Shown: in pieces, positions 1 to 15,312 of the stretch
How positions within the stretch are numbered: the stretch's first letter is position 1
Layout: each line of letters begins with the position of its first letter
From: Octopus bimaculoides
Lineage: Eukaryota
Assembly (NCBI RefSeq): GCF_001194135.2
Contig: NC_068983.1
Location: 3,789,999 to 3,853,998 of the forward strand
DNA: 64,000 nt
Direction: 5' to 3'
Translations under genes and position numbers: made by a program
The notes under the pieces: generated by a model
The model's input: only the letters and a program-made list of their open reading frames with translations
Databases searched by the model: none
Told to the model about the DNA's origin: nothing

Positions 1-1447
1 AGAAAGCTGCACCAGGCTCCAATCTGATTTGGCAATGTTTCTACAATGGATGCCTTTCCTCATGCTAACCACTCTGAGAGTGTAGTGGATGCTTTTTACG
101 TTCCACCAGCACAGGAGCCAGTCAGGGGGTACTAGCAACGACCAGATTCAGATGGTGCTTTTTACGTGCCACCGGCACAATTGCCAGTCAGGTGGTACTG
201 GCATAGACTACATTCACAAGGTGCTTTTTACATGCCACCAGAACAGGAGCCAGTCAGGGAGCACTGGCTCATCAACAAGTGCTGTTGAATGACTGTAGTT
301 AAGAAGTATGCTTCTGGAGCAAGTGGTTCTAGGTAGGTGTCTTCTACTATAACCCCAGGCTCACCGAAGCCTGTGAGTGGATCTGGTAGAAGGAAACTGA
401 AAGAAGCCTGTTGAGAGTGCGTTTGTCTATGAATAAGAAATCATATAAATGACAAGGGAGCAACAAGTTATGAAATGATCTTCATTAGCTTACAGCTGTT
501 TCTTCTATAAAATGCAACACACTTTTCTACTCTAGGCATATGGCCCCAAATTTTTGGAGAGGGGGTGGGAGAAGTCAGTTAGATCGACCCCAGTATGCAA
601 CTGGTACTTAATTTATTGACCCTGAAAGGAAGAAAGGCTAAGTCGACCTTGGCGGAATTTGAACTCAGAACGTAAAGACAGACGAAATACTACTTAGCAT
701 TTCGTCTGGCATGCTAACGTTTCTGCCAGCTTGCAGCCTTATGCAACACACTTATAGTTGAGCACATTGCATTTGATAGCAGAAACAACTGTAAGCTAAT
801 GGATCTCTTTACACAATTGCTTTTTCCCTTGTCATTTATAGAATCTCTTATCATGCTCTGTACTTGACTTATGGTTTATACTGAGTTCTAGCACCTGTAC
901 CAGTGGCACATAAAAAGCACCATTCAAGCGTGGTTGATGTTAGTGCCACCTGACTGGCCACTGTTCCAGCGGCATGTAAAATGCACCATTCGAGTGTGGT
1001 CAATGCCAATGCCGCTTGACTGGTCCCCATGCCAGTGGTATGTAGAAAGCATCCACTACACTCTTGGAGTGGTTGGTATTAGGAAGGGCATCCAGCTGTA
1101 GAAAACACTGCCAGATCAGATTGGAGCCTGATGAGGCCACCTGGCTTGCCAGTTCTGTCAAACTGTCCAACCCATGCCAGCATGGAAAGCAAACATTAAA
1201 TGATGATGATAAGATCAGGGGCAGAAATTGGAATTTATGAAATTCTTTATTCAAATCCACTGCAATTATTCCAACTCATTCTGCAGCTGTACCTCACAGG
1301 GGAGATGTTGTACAATCATTTTGCATCACTAGATGTGCTCTACACAGCATCCTACAAAGATCAAAGGACACCATAAAGCCATACTCATTACAACCGATGA
1401 AGGTGCATAGAATAAACTGATTTGGCTGGAATGCAGCAGATTCTTAC

Positions 1448-1581
1448 CTGTACATGCTTATTCTCCAAAGATGGTTTCACAACATCAAGCGTCATCAGCC
1501 ATTTGTTCTCAGTCAGCAACAGTTCACTCTGGGGTTCGTCTAACAGATTTTTCAAAGATTCCGAAATAAGAGAAATGGTTT
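1448..1581 (-). CDS. FANCA: FANCA exon (ETISLISESLKNLLDEPQSELLLTENKWLMTLDVVKPSLENKHVQ), 134 nt, ~human exon 23
   Basis: gtttcag acceptor and GTAAGA donor. ISLISESLKNLL resembles human VAVISERLRAVL. Confidence 0.88.
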
Positions 1582-4500
1582 CTGAAACTAACCGAAAGAA
1601 ATGAACAAGCAGACTGTGAGAAAATGTGTCATTAACTGAAGCATAACGAACAGAACGATCAACAGATGGACATATAAACACAAATACCAGTGACATACAC
1701 ACCTGTGCCTCCACACCAACACACGTTCCTCACAGATGCATGCCTGTGTCACCACACCTGTGCCCCTACATATGCACACCTGAGCCCCCACATCTACACA
1801 TGTGTCCCCACACATACACACCTGAGCCCCCACACATACACACCTGTACCCCCACACCTACACGCCTCTTCTCCCACACTTGCACACCTACACACCTGTG
1901 CCTACATTTCATACTTCACCCCCAGTAAGTACTGACTGCTACACATGGAAGCTTAAACTGCATAACAAATGGCAGACTGTTGACTTTTAGTCACATTCCA
2001 CTTACTGTTTTCAAAGTTACCTGGGTTAAAGGCAGTGAGATGGCAGAACAACAACCTATTGCAGAGAACATCTTTCAGGTGATCAGATAAAAAGAAATAA
2101 AGGATAAAACCTGGTCTTGTGATTTAGGAACAGTAGCATTTAAATGTCAGAGTTCCCACCATTCTACATATTCTCAGAAAGCTTGTTCAGAAGTGAAAGT
2201 AGTCAACATGGCTATAAAAGGACACAGTATTAAATATTTTACCATAAGGGCTCTTTCACAATTATACCGTAATCCATGCTGGTGCCATGTGAACAGCAGT
2301 CAGTGGTAGAAACTGTGCCAAAACATGACTGGCGCCTTGTGCAGCCCTTTGGCTAGCCAGCTCCTGTCAAACTGTCCGGCCATGGACGGTAAAAGATGAC
2401 AATGATAATAGACCAAGGAACATAGTTCTAGAACATTTTTGAAAAGAAAAAAAAAATATACCATTTGTCTTGAAGACATTCTTTGGCAGACTTTCTGATT
2501 GGCTGACATTTTCTTCCAATTGCAGTAAAACTGCCTCTAATTTCTCTAGAGGTAGTTTCTCTGTTGAGCTGTTGCTGTTGTCACTGGTGGCAGGAAGAGG
2601 TTCTGAATAATAGGATTAAACAGAGAGATTAGTGAGGCAGGAATAGTTGAGGTAGAAGCCGGTGGTGGTTGTGGAGGTAGTAGTGATAATAATGATAGTG
2701 GTGTGATAGTAGCTGTGGTGGTAGTAGTGGTGATGGTTGCGGTTTAGATGGGTATGATAGTGATGGCTATAAGGTTGCCTGTAGTGGAAGTGATGAGAGA
2801 GAGAGAAAGAGAGAGAGAGCTAGTAATGGTGGTGGTGTAGGGAATTAGCCTAATACTGACCATTAACAGAAGCCATCATTAATTGTTGACAGGCAGCAAT
2901 ATAATTTTGGTAATGGCTTCCAGGCAGCTTCCCGGATCTAAAGATAAAGAGAGAGAATCATTGATGACATTTATTCACTACTGATCTTTTATTCTTCCCC
3001 ATTCCATGCTGGCATTGGATAGTTCCAATGTCTGCTTTGGCATGGTTTCCATGGCTGAATGCCCTTCCCAATTAATGCCAACCACTTTACAGAGCTTCTT
3101 TTATTATGGTATTTAGCCATAGAAACCTTGCCAAGGCAGGCACTGCTTCCCAACTAGATGCCACTTGTCAGACGGTTATTGATTATCAAAAACTGGTAAA
3201 TTAACAAGAGTAATTAGAATTGCTAGCAGAAGCTTCCAGGTTACTTCTCTCATTTAAATATCTACTTTATAACTGAACTGAAAAGTGAGCCTCTCCATGG
3301 TTGCCTGATACGCTAAAAATAACAGCCCACCTTCAAATCATAACCTACCATAGGAGCAAGAGTGTCTGTGTGATAAGTAGCTTGCTTACCAACCACATGG
3401 TTCTGGGTTCAGTCCCACTGCGTGGCACCTTAGGCATGTGTCTTCTACTATAGCCTCGGGCTGACCAAAGCCTTTGAGTGGATCTGGGTAGACAGAAACT
3501 GAAAAAAGCTTGTATATATATGTGTGTGTGTGTGTGTTTGTTCACCACCATCGCTTGACAACCGATGTTGGTGAGTTCATGTCCCCATAACTTAGCAGTT
3601 TGGCAAAAAGTGACCGATAGAATAAGTACTAGGCTTACAAGATTAGGTCCTGGGGTCGATTTGTTCAACTAAAGGCAGTGCTCCAACATGGCTGCAAAAA
3701 GAATACCATTTCTATTTAAAAAAAAAAGGGGGAAAAATTTGCGATACATTGGTTGGTGTAGTCCTAGCTATATTATGCTTGAGAGAAAAGATGAAAGAGT
3801 CATAGATGGAATGTTTGCTGAGCTATGATTAAACAATGTCTTTACAGATCCTAAGAGTCGTGGTTCTTAATCTGTGGTTTACAACTGGGGACGTTGTGAA
3901 CTCACAAAGGAGCAGCAAAAGTGGAAGGATTGCAATGGAAAGTGCTGGATGTTCCATCCTTATCTTTGAAATGTCCATGTCTGACAGGACCCAAAGACTG
4001 CATTGTGCTCCACTGTCTACTTTGGCAGGATTTCTAGGGCTGCTGCATGCCCTTTCTAATACCAACCACTTTACAATGTGTGCTGGGCACCTTTTTTTTG
4101 TGGCACTATTGAAGTGCAACAGAAATATGGTAACAAAAAGGTTAATGTGATGAGACAACATCAATTATTTAAGAATTAGCTTAATGATTAAACACAAATT
4201 AGTACTAGTTATAATTAATAATAAACTCACTCTTTTAATGCTTTAATAAACTTCATTCGAGAGTCAGCAATCTTGGGAAGCTGAAAAGAAGGAAAAGGGC
4301 TGGAGTTTCAACTCAAAGCATTTGAGACCATGGGTTGTGGGGGTTGTGGATATAACACAACCATACATGTAAAAATGGACAAAACCCACAAATGGCTTGT
4401 TAAAGTTATGGACAATGTGCACAAACCTGTAATGTTTCACATCAATGATTATAAGACAAAAAAAAAACAAAAGAAAACAAAGAAAAACATTGTCATTTAA

Positions 4501-7500
4501 TATCCACTTTTCCATGCTTGCATGAGTCAGATGGAATCTGTTGAGTCAGATTTTCCATGGCTGGATGCCTTTCCCTGTCATCAACCTTCACCTGTTTGCA
4601 AGCAAGATAATGTTTCTCAGTGTTTTGTCATGGCAGACTGGAGATGAACGACATCACTTGTGTGATGGTGGTGCTTATTCATAAATCACCCGCTGAGAAA
4701 GAGCTGTGTAAGTTCCACATGATATTGGTTGGAAAACAGAAACATCAGATCTTATGTTCCATGCTTTGCTGATTTCTCTTAATTTGCATCAGCATCATCA
4801 TCATTTAATGCCTGTCTTTCAGGCTGGTATGGGTTGGATGGTTCAACAAAGACTGCATCAAGGCTCCCAAGTCTGCTTTGGCATATTTTCTATGGCTAAA
4901 TGCCCTTCCTGAAAGATATTTCAAGAAAATTTACAAGTGACAAGAAACCCTAGAGATCATGCTAAACTAAACCAAGAGTGACACATGGTCCCCTGCCTTG
5001 TCTTGGACCATTACAATCTGTCCAGCCTAAGCTAGAATGGAAAGTGGACATAAAACGATTATAATATAGGGTAATCTTAATCAAAAGATTAAGAAGAGTC
5101 AATAAAATAATAATAATACAGATTAAATATATGGTTTGTTTAGTATTGAGATAAATCTGCCAAATGTAATGCTTATCCCCATTGTTTTGAATTAATCTTG
5201 TATTATCTTGTAGCTTCAAGATTTTGATGATGTGATTGTTTGACATTGTAGGAAAGGTGTGAGAAGCTAGATCTGGCCAGTTTCAACATTAAACAGGTTG
5301 AATATGTGGGTTGGATTTGGCAGGCTTAAATGCTAAAGGGTTAAGGTCCCCCTGTTCTCACAAACCACTTCATCTGGCTCCAACTTCACCGCCACCATCA
5401 CTATCATCATCATTGCCAACACTATGATCACCATTGTCTCCACTACCAACACCACCACCCCACTCCAAACACTACAGATACAGATCTATATTTAAGAGAT
5501 GAGGAATTATGCACATTATTTATATTATTTACATTATTTACATTTGACGGATATTTTGTCTCCATCTTGTTTGTTGTTAACACGTTTCGGCTGATATACT
5601 CTCCAGCCTTCATCAGGTGTCTTGGGAAAATTTCGAACCTGGGATCTCATTCCCAAGGTATTTTTCGATATTATTATTATTATTCATCATCATCATCATC
5701 ATCGTTTAACGTCCGCCTTCCATGCTAGCATGGGTTGGACATTATTTATATTTGACAGATATTTGTCCTCATCTTGTTTGTCGTTAACACAATGTTTCGG
5801 CTGATATACTCTCCACCCTTCATCAGGTGTCTTGGGGAAATTTCGAACCTGGGTTCTCATTTCTAACGTATTTTTCGATATTATTATTATTAATTACATA
5901 TATTTGACAGATATTTGTCCTCATCTTGTTTGTTGTTAACACAACATATGTCGATGGGCATATGGTGTAGTGGTTAAGAGCACAGGCTACTAACCCCAAG
6001 ATTTCAAGTTCGATTCCAAGCAGTAACCTGAATAATAACATTGAAAAATACCTTAGGAATGAGAACCCAGGTTCGAAATTTCCCCAAGACACCTCATGAA
6101 GGCTGGAGGGCATATCAGCCGAAAGATGAGGACAAATATCTGTCAAATGTAAATCTGCAGATATGACCACCACCACCTACAAACAATACTAAATCCACCT
6201 GTCATTGTTGTCACATAAGAAGCACTTGTGTTGTTACCACGTATGGAGTACCTGTGCTGGTGGCAAGTACAAAGTACCTGTACAGGTGCTATGTATAAAG
6301 CATCCAGTACACTCCGTAAAGTGACTGGTATTAGGAAGGGCATCCAGCCATAGGAATCATGCTAGAACATACGATCAGAGGCTGGTGCGACTTTCCAGCA
6401 CCTGTCAAATGGCAGCATAGAAAATAGATGTTAAATGATGATAATGGAACAAGCCTTACCTTACGTGGTTTCAACAAAGCTGGTAAAAACTCGCCAACAA
6501 AATAGGGTCTTCTGAAAATACTGTGGAACAGAAAAACATAAATCACTTTATTATAAACAGTTTTGACAACATTATTATTATTATGGCTCAAGTGTTACCC
6601 ATCATATGATGGATAACTTTATTTTTGCTACCATGGGTAATATGAGAAAATATGGAATGGCATACATACAATAATCATAATTTAACTTTTATCAAATTTC
6701 TCGGGGCTTATGCAAAAATAATGAAATGAATAATTTCANNNNNNNNNNAAAAAAAAAAAAAAAAAAAAAAGAAAACTTAAAATAAAATTAAATGAAACAA
6801 ATTTATCATTTGCATATTTGCAATAAATATGTTAAGATTTTTCTAACTGTTAACATAATCACAGTCAACTCCATCAAAAATCTATCTTAGCAAAATTTCA
6901 TTAAAAAAATGTGTTTTTCAGAAAGTTATTACCTGCCACCAAGCCTAGTATGTGCACTCATTCTACACCACTTGTGTTAACTCTCTTTTCTTCTCTTCAC
7001 CTCTCTCAACATAAGGTGTGGCTGGAGAAACTAACCAACCAACATTTGTATTGGCTATTATTTTTATTATTATTATTACTATTATTATTATTACATTAAT
7101 GCATGCTAATTTAGTTAGCAGCTATTTTACGTTGGAATTTGCTGACCCTTAGTCTCCCCAAATCTCAAGAATCTTTCTTAGGATTCATGCACAATATAGA
7201 ATGGAACTTTCCTGCAGGTCAATAATGTGACTTTCAGTTGCAATCTCTTTCAGTCTTTTGGGCAGCATTTGACCACAGAGCCACACTGGCACCATCTTGT
7301 TAATTAAATACATCATCATTTTGTCCACTTCCCATGCTGAAATTGGTTGGATCAGGGTGCCAGTCATTTCCTATTGGAATCAATTGCTCCAACAGACTGG
7401 TGTTTGTCATTTCGTCTGCATGCCACTCCTATCTGCAACCTACTTTGTGGACTGTCCTGGCTACATTTTCTCATTGTACACACACTAGAGAGTTTGGCCA

Positions 7501-9902
7501 GTCCTTTATGTGATGGCACTAAACGGAGCGTGTAACCCAACAATTTCTCTGTCCTTTATCAACTACTTTACAGCACATACCAGGTGCATTTTCTATGGAA
7601 TTACCTTGAAGCAAGGTGTTGAGGCTAAAGTATGGAGGAGGGGGAGGTCCAGGAACAGGCTGATTGCTTTGTAGAGAATATGCTTTTGTCCAACCCATGC
7701 TAGCATGGAAAGTAGACGTTAAACAATGATGATTGATGACAACCACATATTTTAAATGGATGGATGGGGGAAGCTGGAATGGAACTCAAAACAGGTAAGG
7801 AATATGGTGATGATGAGGTGCCAGAACATACATTGCAAATAGAAGCTGACAGGGCCTGGAAAGAGGTGGGGTGGGTGCTAGACGTCAGGTCTATCTAGTT
7901 AGGGTAGAAATAGAAAAGAGGTTTGCCAAAGTCCCACAGCGTCAAGATCAGAGACTTGAAGTGTTCCGGATTGCCAGACAGTATGTCAGAGAGAATCGGG
8001 ATATTGTAGGAGAGAAGTGTGTGTGGATGGAAAATGGTAACGTTTCTGCCAGCTTGCTGACTTAATTATTTCTACTCTCAGCACAAGGTCTTGAAAATTT
8101 CTTTTGGAGAAGGGGCTAGTCGATTATATCAACCCCAGTGTTTCGCTGGTACTTAATTTATCAACTTTGAAAGGATGAAAGGCAAAGTCGACCTCAGCGG
8201 AATTTGAACTCAGAACGTAGCAGTCGCCCGGGGCGCTAACGATTCTGCCAGCTTGCGATATTAATAATATTTGACTATACTAATAAGTCAAAGGTGGTGA
8301 GCAGGTAATTGTGATGTTTTGTAGTGGTGCTGATGATAGTGATGATGGATGGTGGTGACAATAACATCGATGCGTTGCTACTTACATTGTCTGTAGAATA
8401 TTGGCAGGAATCTTGTCCAGAGTAGCAAAACTGTCCACAGCAGCTCTTACATCATTCTCTGTATCTTCAGAAGTCTACAAGACAAAGAACATATTTCCAC
8501 AAGTCACAAGATTAACTGCAAAACGAAAGGTAAAAGTGTGTGTGAGGGGGAGGAGGATATGGTATTTAAAGCTGGTAGAATGATTAGTAAGTTGGAGAAA
8601 ATATTTAGCAGTAATGCTTTGAGATTTTTACATTTTGTGTTTCAATTCTGCTGAGGTCAACTTTGCCTTTCATCCTCCTGGGGTTGATTTTAAAAAAAGT
8701 ACCAGTTAAGCACTGGGGTGGATGTACCCTGCTCGTCCCTTCTCACAAAATTTCAAGCTCTGTGCCTTGATGAGAAATGGTAATTGGTACTTAATGTTCT
8801 GTGTCAGGAAAGAATAGTGAAATACAGTGTCAGATTCTACAGGGAAAAGGAACCAAAAAGACACCATTGGAATGAAACATTTAAAATTTGGATGTGTTTC
8901 TGCATGAGAGTCACTACATGGCTGTATGACATGCTAGAAGTAGCAGTCAAATCAGCTCCCTCCAATTATAAACAAAAAAAAAAAGACATTTTTAATCCTT
9001 TTAAAGGTGTAAAATGTATTCTGGGATGTAATTATTTGAATTGGTGTCAGTATTGACCCTGTTCCAAGCCGACTGTGTTCTCACAGACTCTCAATATTGT
9101 GATTGTCCACGAATTGAGATTCACAATGGCAGACAGTAGGAGGAATGAATAAGATGACAAGAGAATATCATCAAATTTATACAAAACTGTTTGATTAAAT
9201 ATTCTTTTTCCTTTTTGCCCATTATAAAATTGAAATTCAAAGACTGATGATGTCATTCCATCAATGTGTGGATGCTGGTTGCTCTCGTTCATACTTTAAA
9301 TTTCTATAATTTTGAATTTTTATCACTTCTTATTTTGAACTCAACAAAGACAGATTTACTGTTGAAATATCGTTCAACCAATAAAATGTTTATTACAATC
9401 GAACCACGCTCTTCATCTTGACTGATAATAATAATAAGAAATAATAATAATAGCTACTGACCTGATTTTCTGCTGTGCTGTGGTAGTCACAGCTGCTTGA
9501 TGACTTGAAAATGGATTGCTAAATGAGAAAGAAATAAATCTATAAATTATATTTAACAGACAATGGGAGACATATTTCGTTAACTTTGGTGTTTAGAAAA
9601 TTCTACAATAGTGAAGACATCTTTATCATTAGGTAAAAAAAAACCCAACAAAAATGAACAGCAACTGGACCTTGGGACAGACCATATAAGGTGACTGTCA
9701 TCACCCTGGACTATTAAATAACTTCAAGGAATCGTTGACAAGTGCAGGCATGGCTGTATGGTAAGAAGTTTGCTTCTCAACCACATGGGTACTTGCCCAA
9801 GGTCCTATTGTGTGACACCTTGGGCAAATGTCTTCATCTATAGCCTCAGGCCAACCAAAGCTTTGTGAGTGGATTCGGGAAAGGGAAACTGAAAGAAGCC
9901 TG

Positions 9903-9940
<38 letters not shown>

Positions 9941-12085
9941 ATGTGGCTGTGTGGTAAGAAGCTTGCTTCCCAACCACATGGTTCCAGGTTCAGTCCCAGT
10001 GTGTGGCACCTTGGGCAAGTGTCTTCTACTATAGCCTCGGACCGACCAAAGTCTTGTGAGTGGATTTGGAAAATGGAAACTGAAAGAAACCCGTTGTGTG
10101 TGCGTGTGTATATGCATTTATGTGTGTCTTTGTTTGTCTCCACCACCATCGCTTGACAACCGATGTTGGAGTGTTTATGTCCCTGTAACTTAGCAGTTTG
10201 GCAAAAGTGACTGATAGAATGAGTACTAGGCTTATAAATAAATCCTGGGGTCGATTTGTTCGACTAAAGGGCGGTGCTCCAGGATGGCCGCAGTCAAATG
10301 ACTGGAACATTAAAGAGAATATATCTCGTTGTTTGGTTAAGAAGTTTGCTTCTCAACCATCAGGTTTTGGGTTCAGTCCCACTGCTTGGAACCTTGGGCA
10401 AGCATCTTCTTCTGTAGCCCCGTGATGATTAAATACAGGTGAGTGGATTTGGCAGATGGAAACTGAAAGAAGCCTGTTGTAAGTGTGTGTCTCCATGAAA
10501 TGGGCTTCCAAATGGCACCCAACAACCAATTTCAAAGACTTGAACTTAAGTTTGGACTGAAGATACTTGTCCAAAGTTTTGTGTAGTGGGATTGAAACAG
10601 AATTGAAGTAGTAGAAAGGCTAGGAACTCCCATAGAATTCCTGATCAATAGAACATACCCTGAAAAACTAGGAATGCAGTCTATCGATTAAGATGTAGAG
10701 AGGGACGATACAGAAACACAACATATATTGGAGAGAGAGCCCATAGCATAGGAGAGGTGAGAACATAAGAGAAAAGCTAATCAAAGCTATACTGACATGC
10801 TAAACTAGAACACAGGGGTTTGCTAGATAACACAGGGGTTAAATCCTATCCACACAAAATAGAGAATAGTCCAAACCTGTAACAGAAAGCATGACTGAAA
10901 TAGAAACATCCCTATCCCAAAATGGCTGGAGACAGAATAAGGGAACAGAAAAAGAAAATGGAGACACAAATATACATATATATATATATATATGCAGACG
11001 TATGACACATATGCACATGCCAAACACATAGACGCACACACAGGCAGAGACTCAAACATGAACAGTGATGTGTACCACATACAGACAAGATGGAGTAAGC
11101 AGAAAGAGAGGGAGACAAAGTGAAGAGAAACAAATAGTCATTGAAGAATTTACAGAAGTAAAGATCTTTAACAAAATAACCAATAACAATAATAATAAAG
11201 CAGAAGTGAAAGTCAAGCAGTGCATGTGTTTATTGGCAAAATGACCGTCACCAAATATAGAAATATCTGTTTCAATACTGAATTTCACATCAAGAATCTT
11301 ACAAGACAAACACATAAACGTGCGCGTGTGTATCTATATGTACATCTACGATTACACAGGGGAATGGGGGTTAATCAGTACTTGTCAGGTACTTTATTTT
11401 ATAAACCCAAAAAGAAAGAAAGGAAAAGTTGATCATGGCAGGATTGGAACTTAGGTTGAGGCCTGGAGAAAAGATTTGTCACTTAGCATTTGTTTGACGC
11501 ACTAACAATTCTGTCAGCTTGCTGCCCTATGTATGTGCATCTATGCACACGCATAAAACACTGACAGTCACGGTTGTAAAACAGGCATTGAATGTTTACA
11601 CACATGCACATACATATGTATACATATGAAGAACAATCAAGCCATTCATACAGATATACTCCCCCCCCCCCATACACACAGTCCTATTCTCAGTCTACAT
11701 AAAAATACAGAAAACTGGGGCAAATACATCTTTGGCTGCTGGAATAAACTTAGTCATCCTCTTTATTTTTTTCCTCTCTCTCTCTGATTGTTACACAGCC
11801 ACACACACACACACACTATATCGTTGCTGTTATGCTAAACTGTTGTCTATCCAAATGAGTTTTTTTTTTTCCAATATTTATTTTTACATGTAACAGCCGG
11901 TTCTTTTGGTCAAACTATCGTATTTCCAGTTGCATCAGATGCCAAAACATCAAAATTTGTTAAAGCTTTAGACTTATGATGCTTTATATGTATGTATGTA
12001 TTTATTTACTCTCACTCTAACAGACACGAGGATTATACAAATATTGTAAAAATGGACACAGGTTGCTGATCAAATTGTGTTGGTC

Positions 12086-12119
<34 letters not shown>

Positions 12120-15100
12120 GTTTGGTGATGTAAACATGAAAAGTATAACTCAAAACAACGGTATATACATTCTTTTATTCTTTTACTTGTTTCAGTCATT
12201 GACTCTGGCCATGCTGGAGCACCGCCTTTAGTCGAACAAACCACCCCCAGTACTTATTCTTTGTAAGCCTAGTACTTATTCTGTCGGTCACTTTTGCCGA
12301 ACTGCTAAGTTACAGGGATGTAAACACACCAGAATCGGTTGTCAAGCGATGTTGGGGGGACAAACACATAAGCACATATATATACACAACGGGATTCTGT
12401 CAGTTTCCATCTTTGGTCGGCACGAGGCTATAGTGGAAGACATATACATATACATACATATATCACTTGAGTGTAGCCGTTGCCAATACCATCTGACTGG
12501 CCCTCATGCTGGTGGCACGTAAAAGCACCCACTACACTCTCGGAGTGGTTGGCCTTAGGAAGGGCATCCAGCTGTAGAAACTCTGCCAGATCAGATTGGA
12601 GTTTGGTGTAGCCATCTGGTTCACCAGTCCTCAGTCAAATCGTCCAACCCATGGTAGCATGGAAAACAGACGTTAAATGATGATGATGATGAATTACATA
12701 AAACTGTCAAATCTAATTCCATAGACAACAAATTGAAATTTGTTGCCCCAGTGTTATCATAGGTACAAGTGTGGCTGTGTGGCAAGAAACCTGCTTCCCA
12801 ATCACATTGTTATGGATTCAATTCCACTGTGTAGCACATTCTACTATAGCCTCAGGCTGACCAAAGTCTTGTGAATGGATCTGCTAGACAGAAAGTGGAA
12901 GAGCCTGTTGTATGCAGGTATGTGTGTGCGTCCCACAGCTACTTGGCAAGCAGTGTTGATGTCTAAAGTCCCCATAACTTAACAGTTTAGCAAAAGTGAG
13001 AGTAAGTACCAAGCTTAAAAAAAAAAAAAAAAAAAAAAATCACTGGGGTCAAGTTATTCTTCAAAGAAGTGCTCCAGCATGGCCACAGTCGAATGACTGA
13101 AGCAAGTAAAAGATAAAACAAAATATCATAAACTTGTTTGTTAAAGGTTACGAAGCTGTGACATTTTGTCCAAAAGTCGTCTCTTTAAAGACGTATTGTT
13201 CTAAAAAACTCTGCGTATCTGGAAGCTAAGAGAAACGAAATCATCCAAACGAGCAGAAATAACTTCACTCTCATTCACTTTGAGGACAATCTTGTTTCAC
13301 GAAGCTCTGAAACATGCAGTGCCTTTTTTTTTAACACAATACATCTTTAAAGGGACCTCCTTCAGATGAAGTAATGCACCTTAGTAACATTAAGAAGACC
13401 TGGCATGAGATGGTGAAGCACAACCTTCTAATGTTGGGCCTCGTGGAGGCGATGACAAGTGACCGAGACCTTTGGAGATATGCTGTGCTTGAGAAGACTG
13501 AGCCGAGAAGACCATAACCGTGGCCTATGCCATTGCAGCATAACCAGCCCATTTAAGGATACCCTTCAACCACTGGGCAATAAACTGCGCTTGTGAAGAC
13601 CCTTTGAGTCAAGTGAAGTCATTGTCATGGTTGATGACAGTACTGCATGATTGGTACCCATGCTGGTGGTATGTAAAAAACACCATTCGAGCGTGAACGT
13701 TACCAGTGCCACCTGACTGGCTCCTATGCTGGTGGCATGAAAAAAAGCACCATTTGAGTGTGGTCGTCGCCAGTGCCCCTGACTGGCTCCTGTGCCAGTG
13801 GTACGTAAAAAGCATCATTCAAGCGTGGCTGATGCCAGTGGCACCTAACTAGCCCCCGTGCCGGTGGCACTTAAAAAAGCACCCGCTACACTCGTGGAGT
13901 GGTTGGTGTTAGGAAGTGGTTTGCTGAATCAGATTGGAGCCTGGTACAGCCTTCTGGCTTGCCAGCCCTCAGTCAAACCTTCCAACCCATGCCAGCATGG
14001 AAAGCAGATGTTAAACAATGATGATTAAGTGTGTGGTATTGATAATGTTTACGTTCCTATGATGCTTTGAGCACAAAATTTGAACATACACACACGCATG
14101 TGTATTTGAACAACTGCTACCACTCCTCTTTTCTCTAACTGCATACTTCACCAGCTTTTCTTTGATATCACTTATCTTTCTTACAAACCCCAAACAATTT
14201 CACTTGCCATCCCCTCCACATTCTTAATAACGTCTCTTCTATCCCTATTCTACATTGACCATTCTTCTGAGTCACCAAATTATCTCTCCTCGGGTCTTAG
14301 TCTTGTAGGCAGAGTCTCATATACAACAGACACATACAAACAAATAAATACTAATACAAATTGCACCACAATGCACACACACACAAACAATACACATACA
14401 CACAGACCTATTACAACACATACACAATATACATACACAAATAACACACACACACAGACCCAGACATAATATATAGACAGACAATACACATACACACACA
14501 CACGTGTTTACTAGCATTACGAAAAGCCCATTTTTATTTTTAGCTTACTTTAATTTTCAGGTTAACAGCTCTGGGCTTTATACATACACATGCACACAGA
14601 CACACAGACACACTGAGAGTTGTATACATGCATTCCACATCTAAAGTCTGTCTGTCTGTCTCTCTCTCTCTCTCTGCATGTATTAATCTTGATGTCTTTC
14701 TCACTTTCTCCAGCGTTTATACACACTAAGTCTTACTTGGCATTTTCTCATTGGTAGGTATAAATATATTCTTTCTTTCTTCTCTCTCTCTCTCTCGCTC
14801 TTTATCCCTCTCGTTACACACAAATACTTTCTCATTGTGAGTATACATAAGTACATCATCATCATCATCATTTAACATCCATTTTCCATCATAAGTTGGA
14901 TAGTCTGACGAGAACTGACAAGCCCCAGGGGTGTGCCAGGCTCTTCTGTCTGTCTAGGCATAGTTTCTATGGCCAGGTGTCTTTCCTAATACCAACCACT
15001 TTGCACTGGTGCCATTTTACATGGCACAGCACCAGTGGGGTCACTAGATAACTTGCAAGACAGGACAAAGTACCCTCGCCTGGGGGGGGGGTATTGAGGG

Positions 15101-15279
15101 AGGTGGTTTTGTGCCAGTCGATGAGAGGTTAAAACGTTCAATAGAGAGAGAGAAATAGGGGATTTGCTGTAGAAGAGACACAAGGAGATCCCAGCTGGAG
15201 AAGGGAGGAGAGATAGAGAGAGAGTAAGGGAGACAGTGGTGGATATGTGTCAGGACATACCTTTAAGGTCGTATATATG

Positions 15280-15312
<33 letters not shown>

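Noticed and set aside
4264-4515. 83-aa minus-strand ORF as one large FANCA exon
   Set aside because: It ends in a stop; only 4231-4280 in another frame fits phase and homology.
5950-6030. Possible tRNA gene (Ser-like)
   Set aside because: A and B boxes are present but there is no proper acceptor stem, and it is joined to a repeat tail; it is a SINE head.
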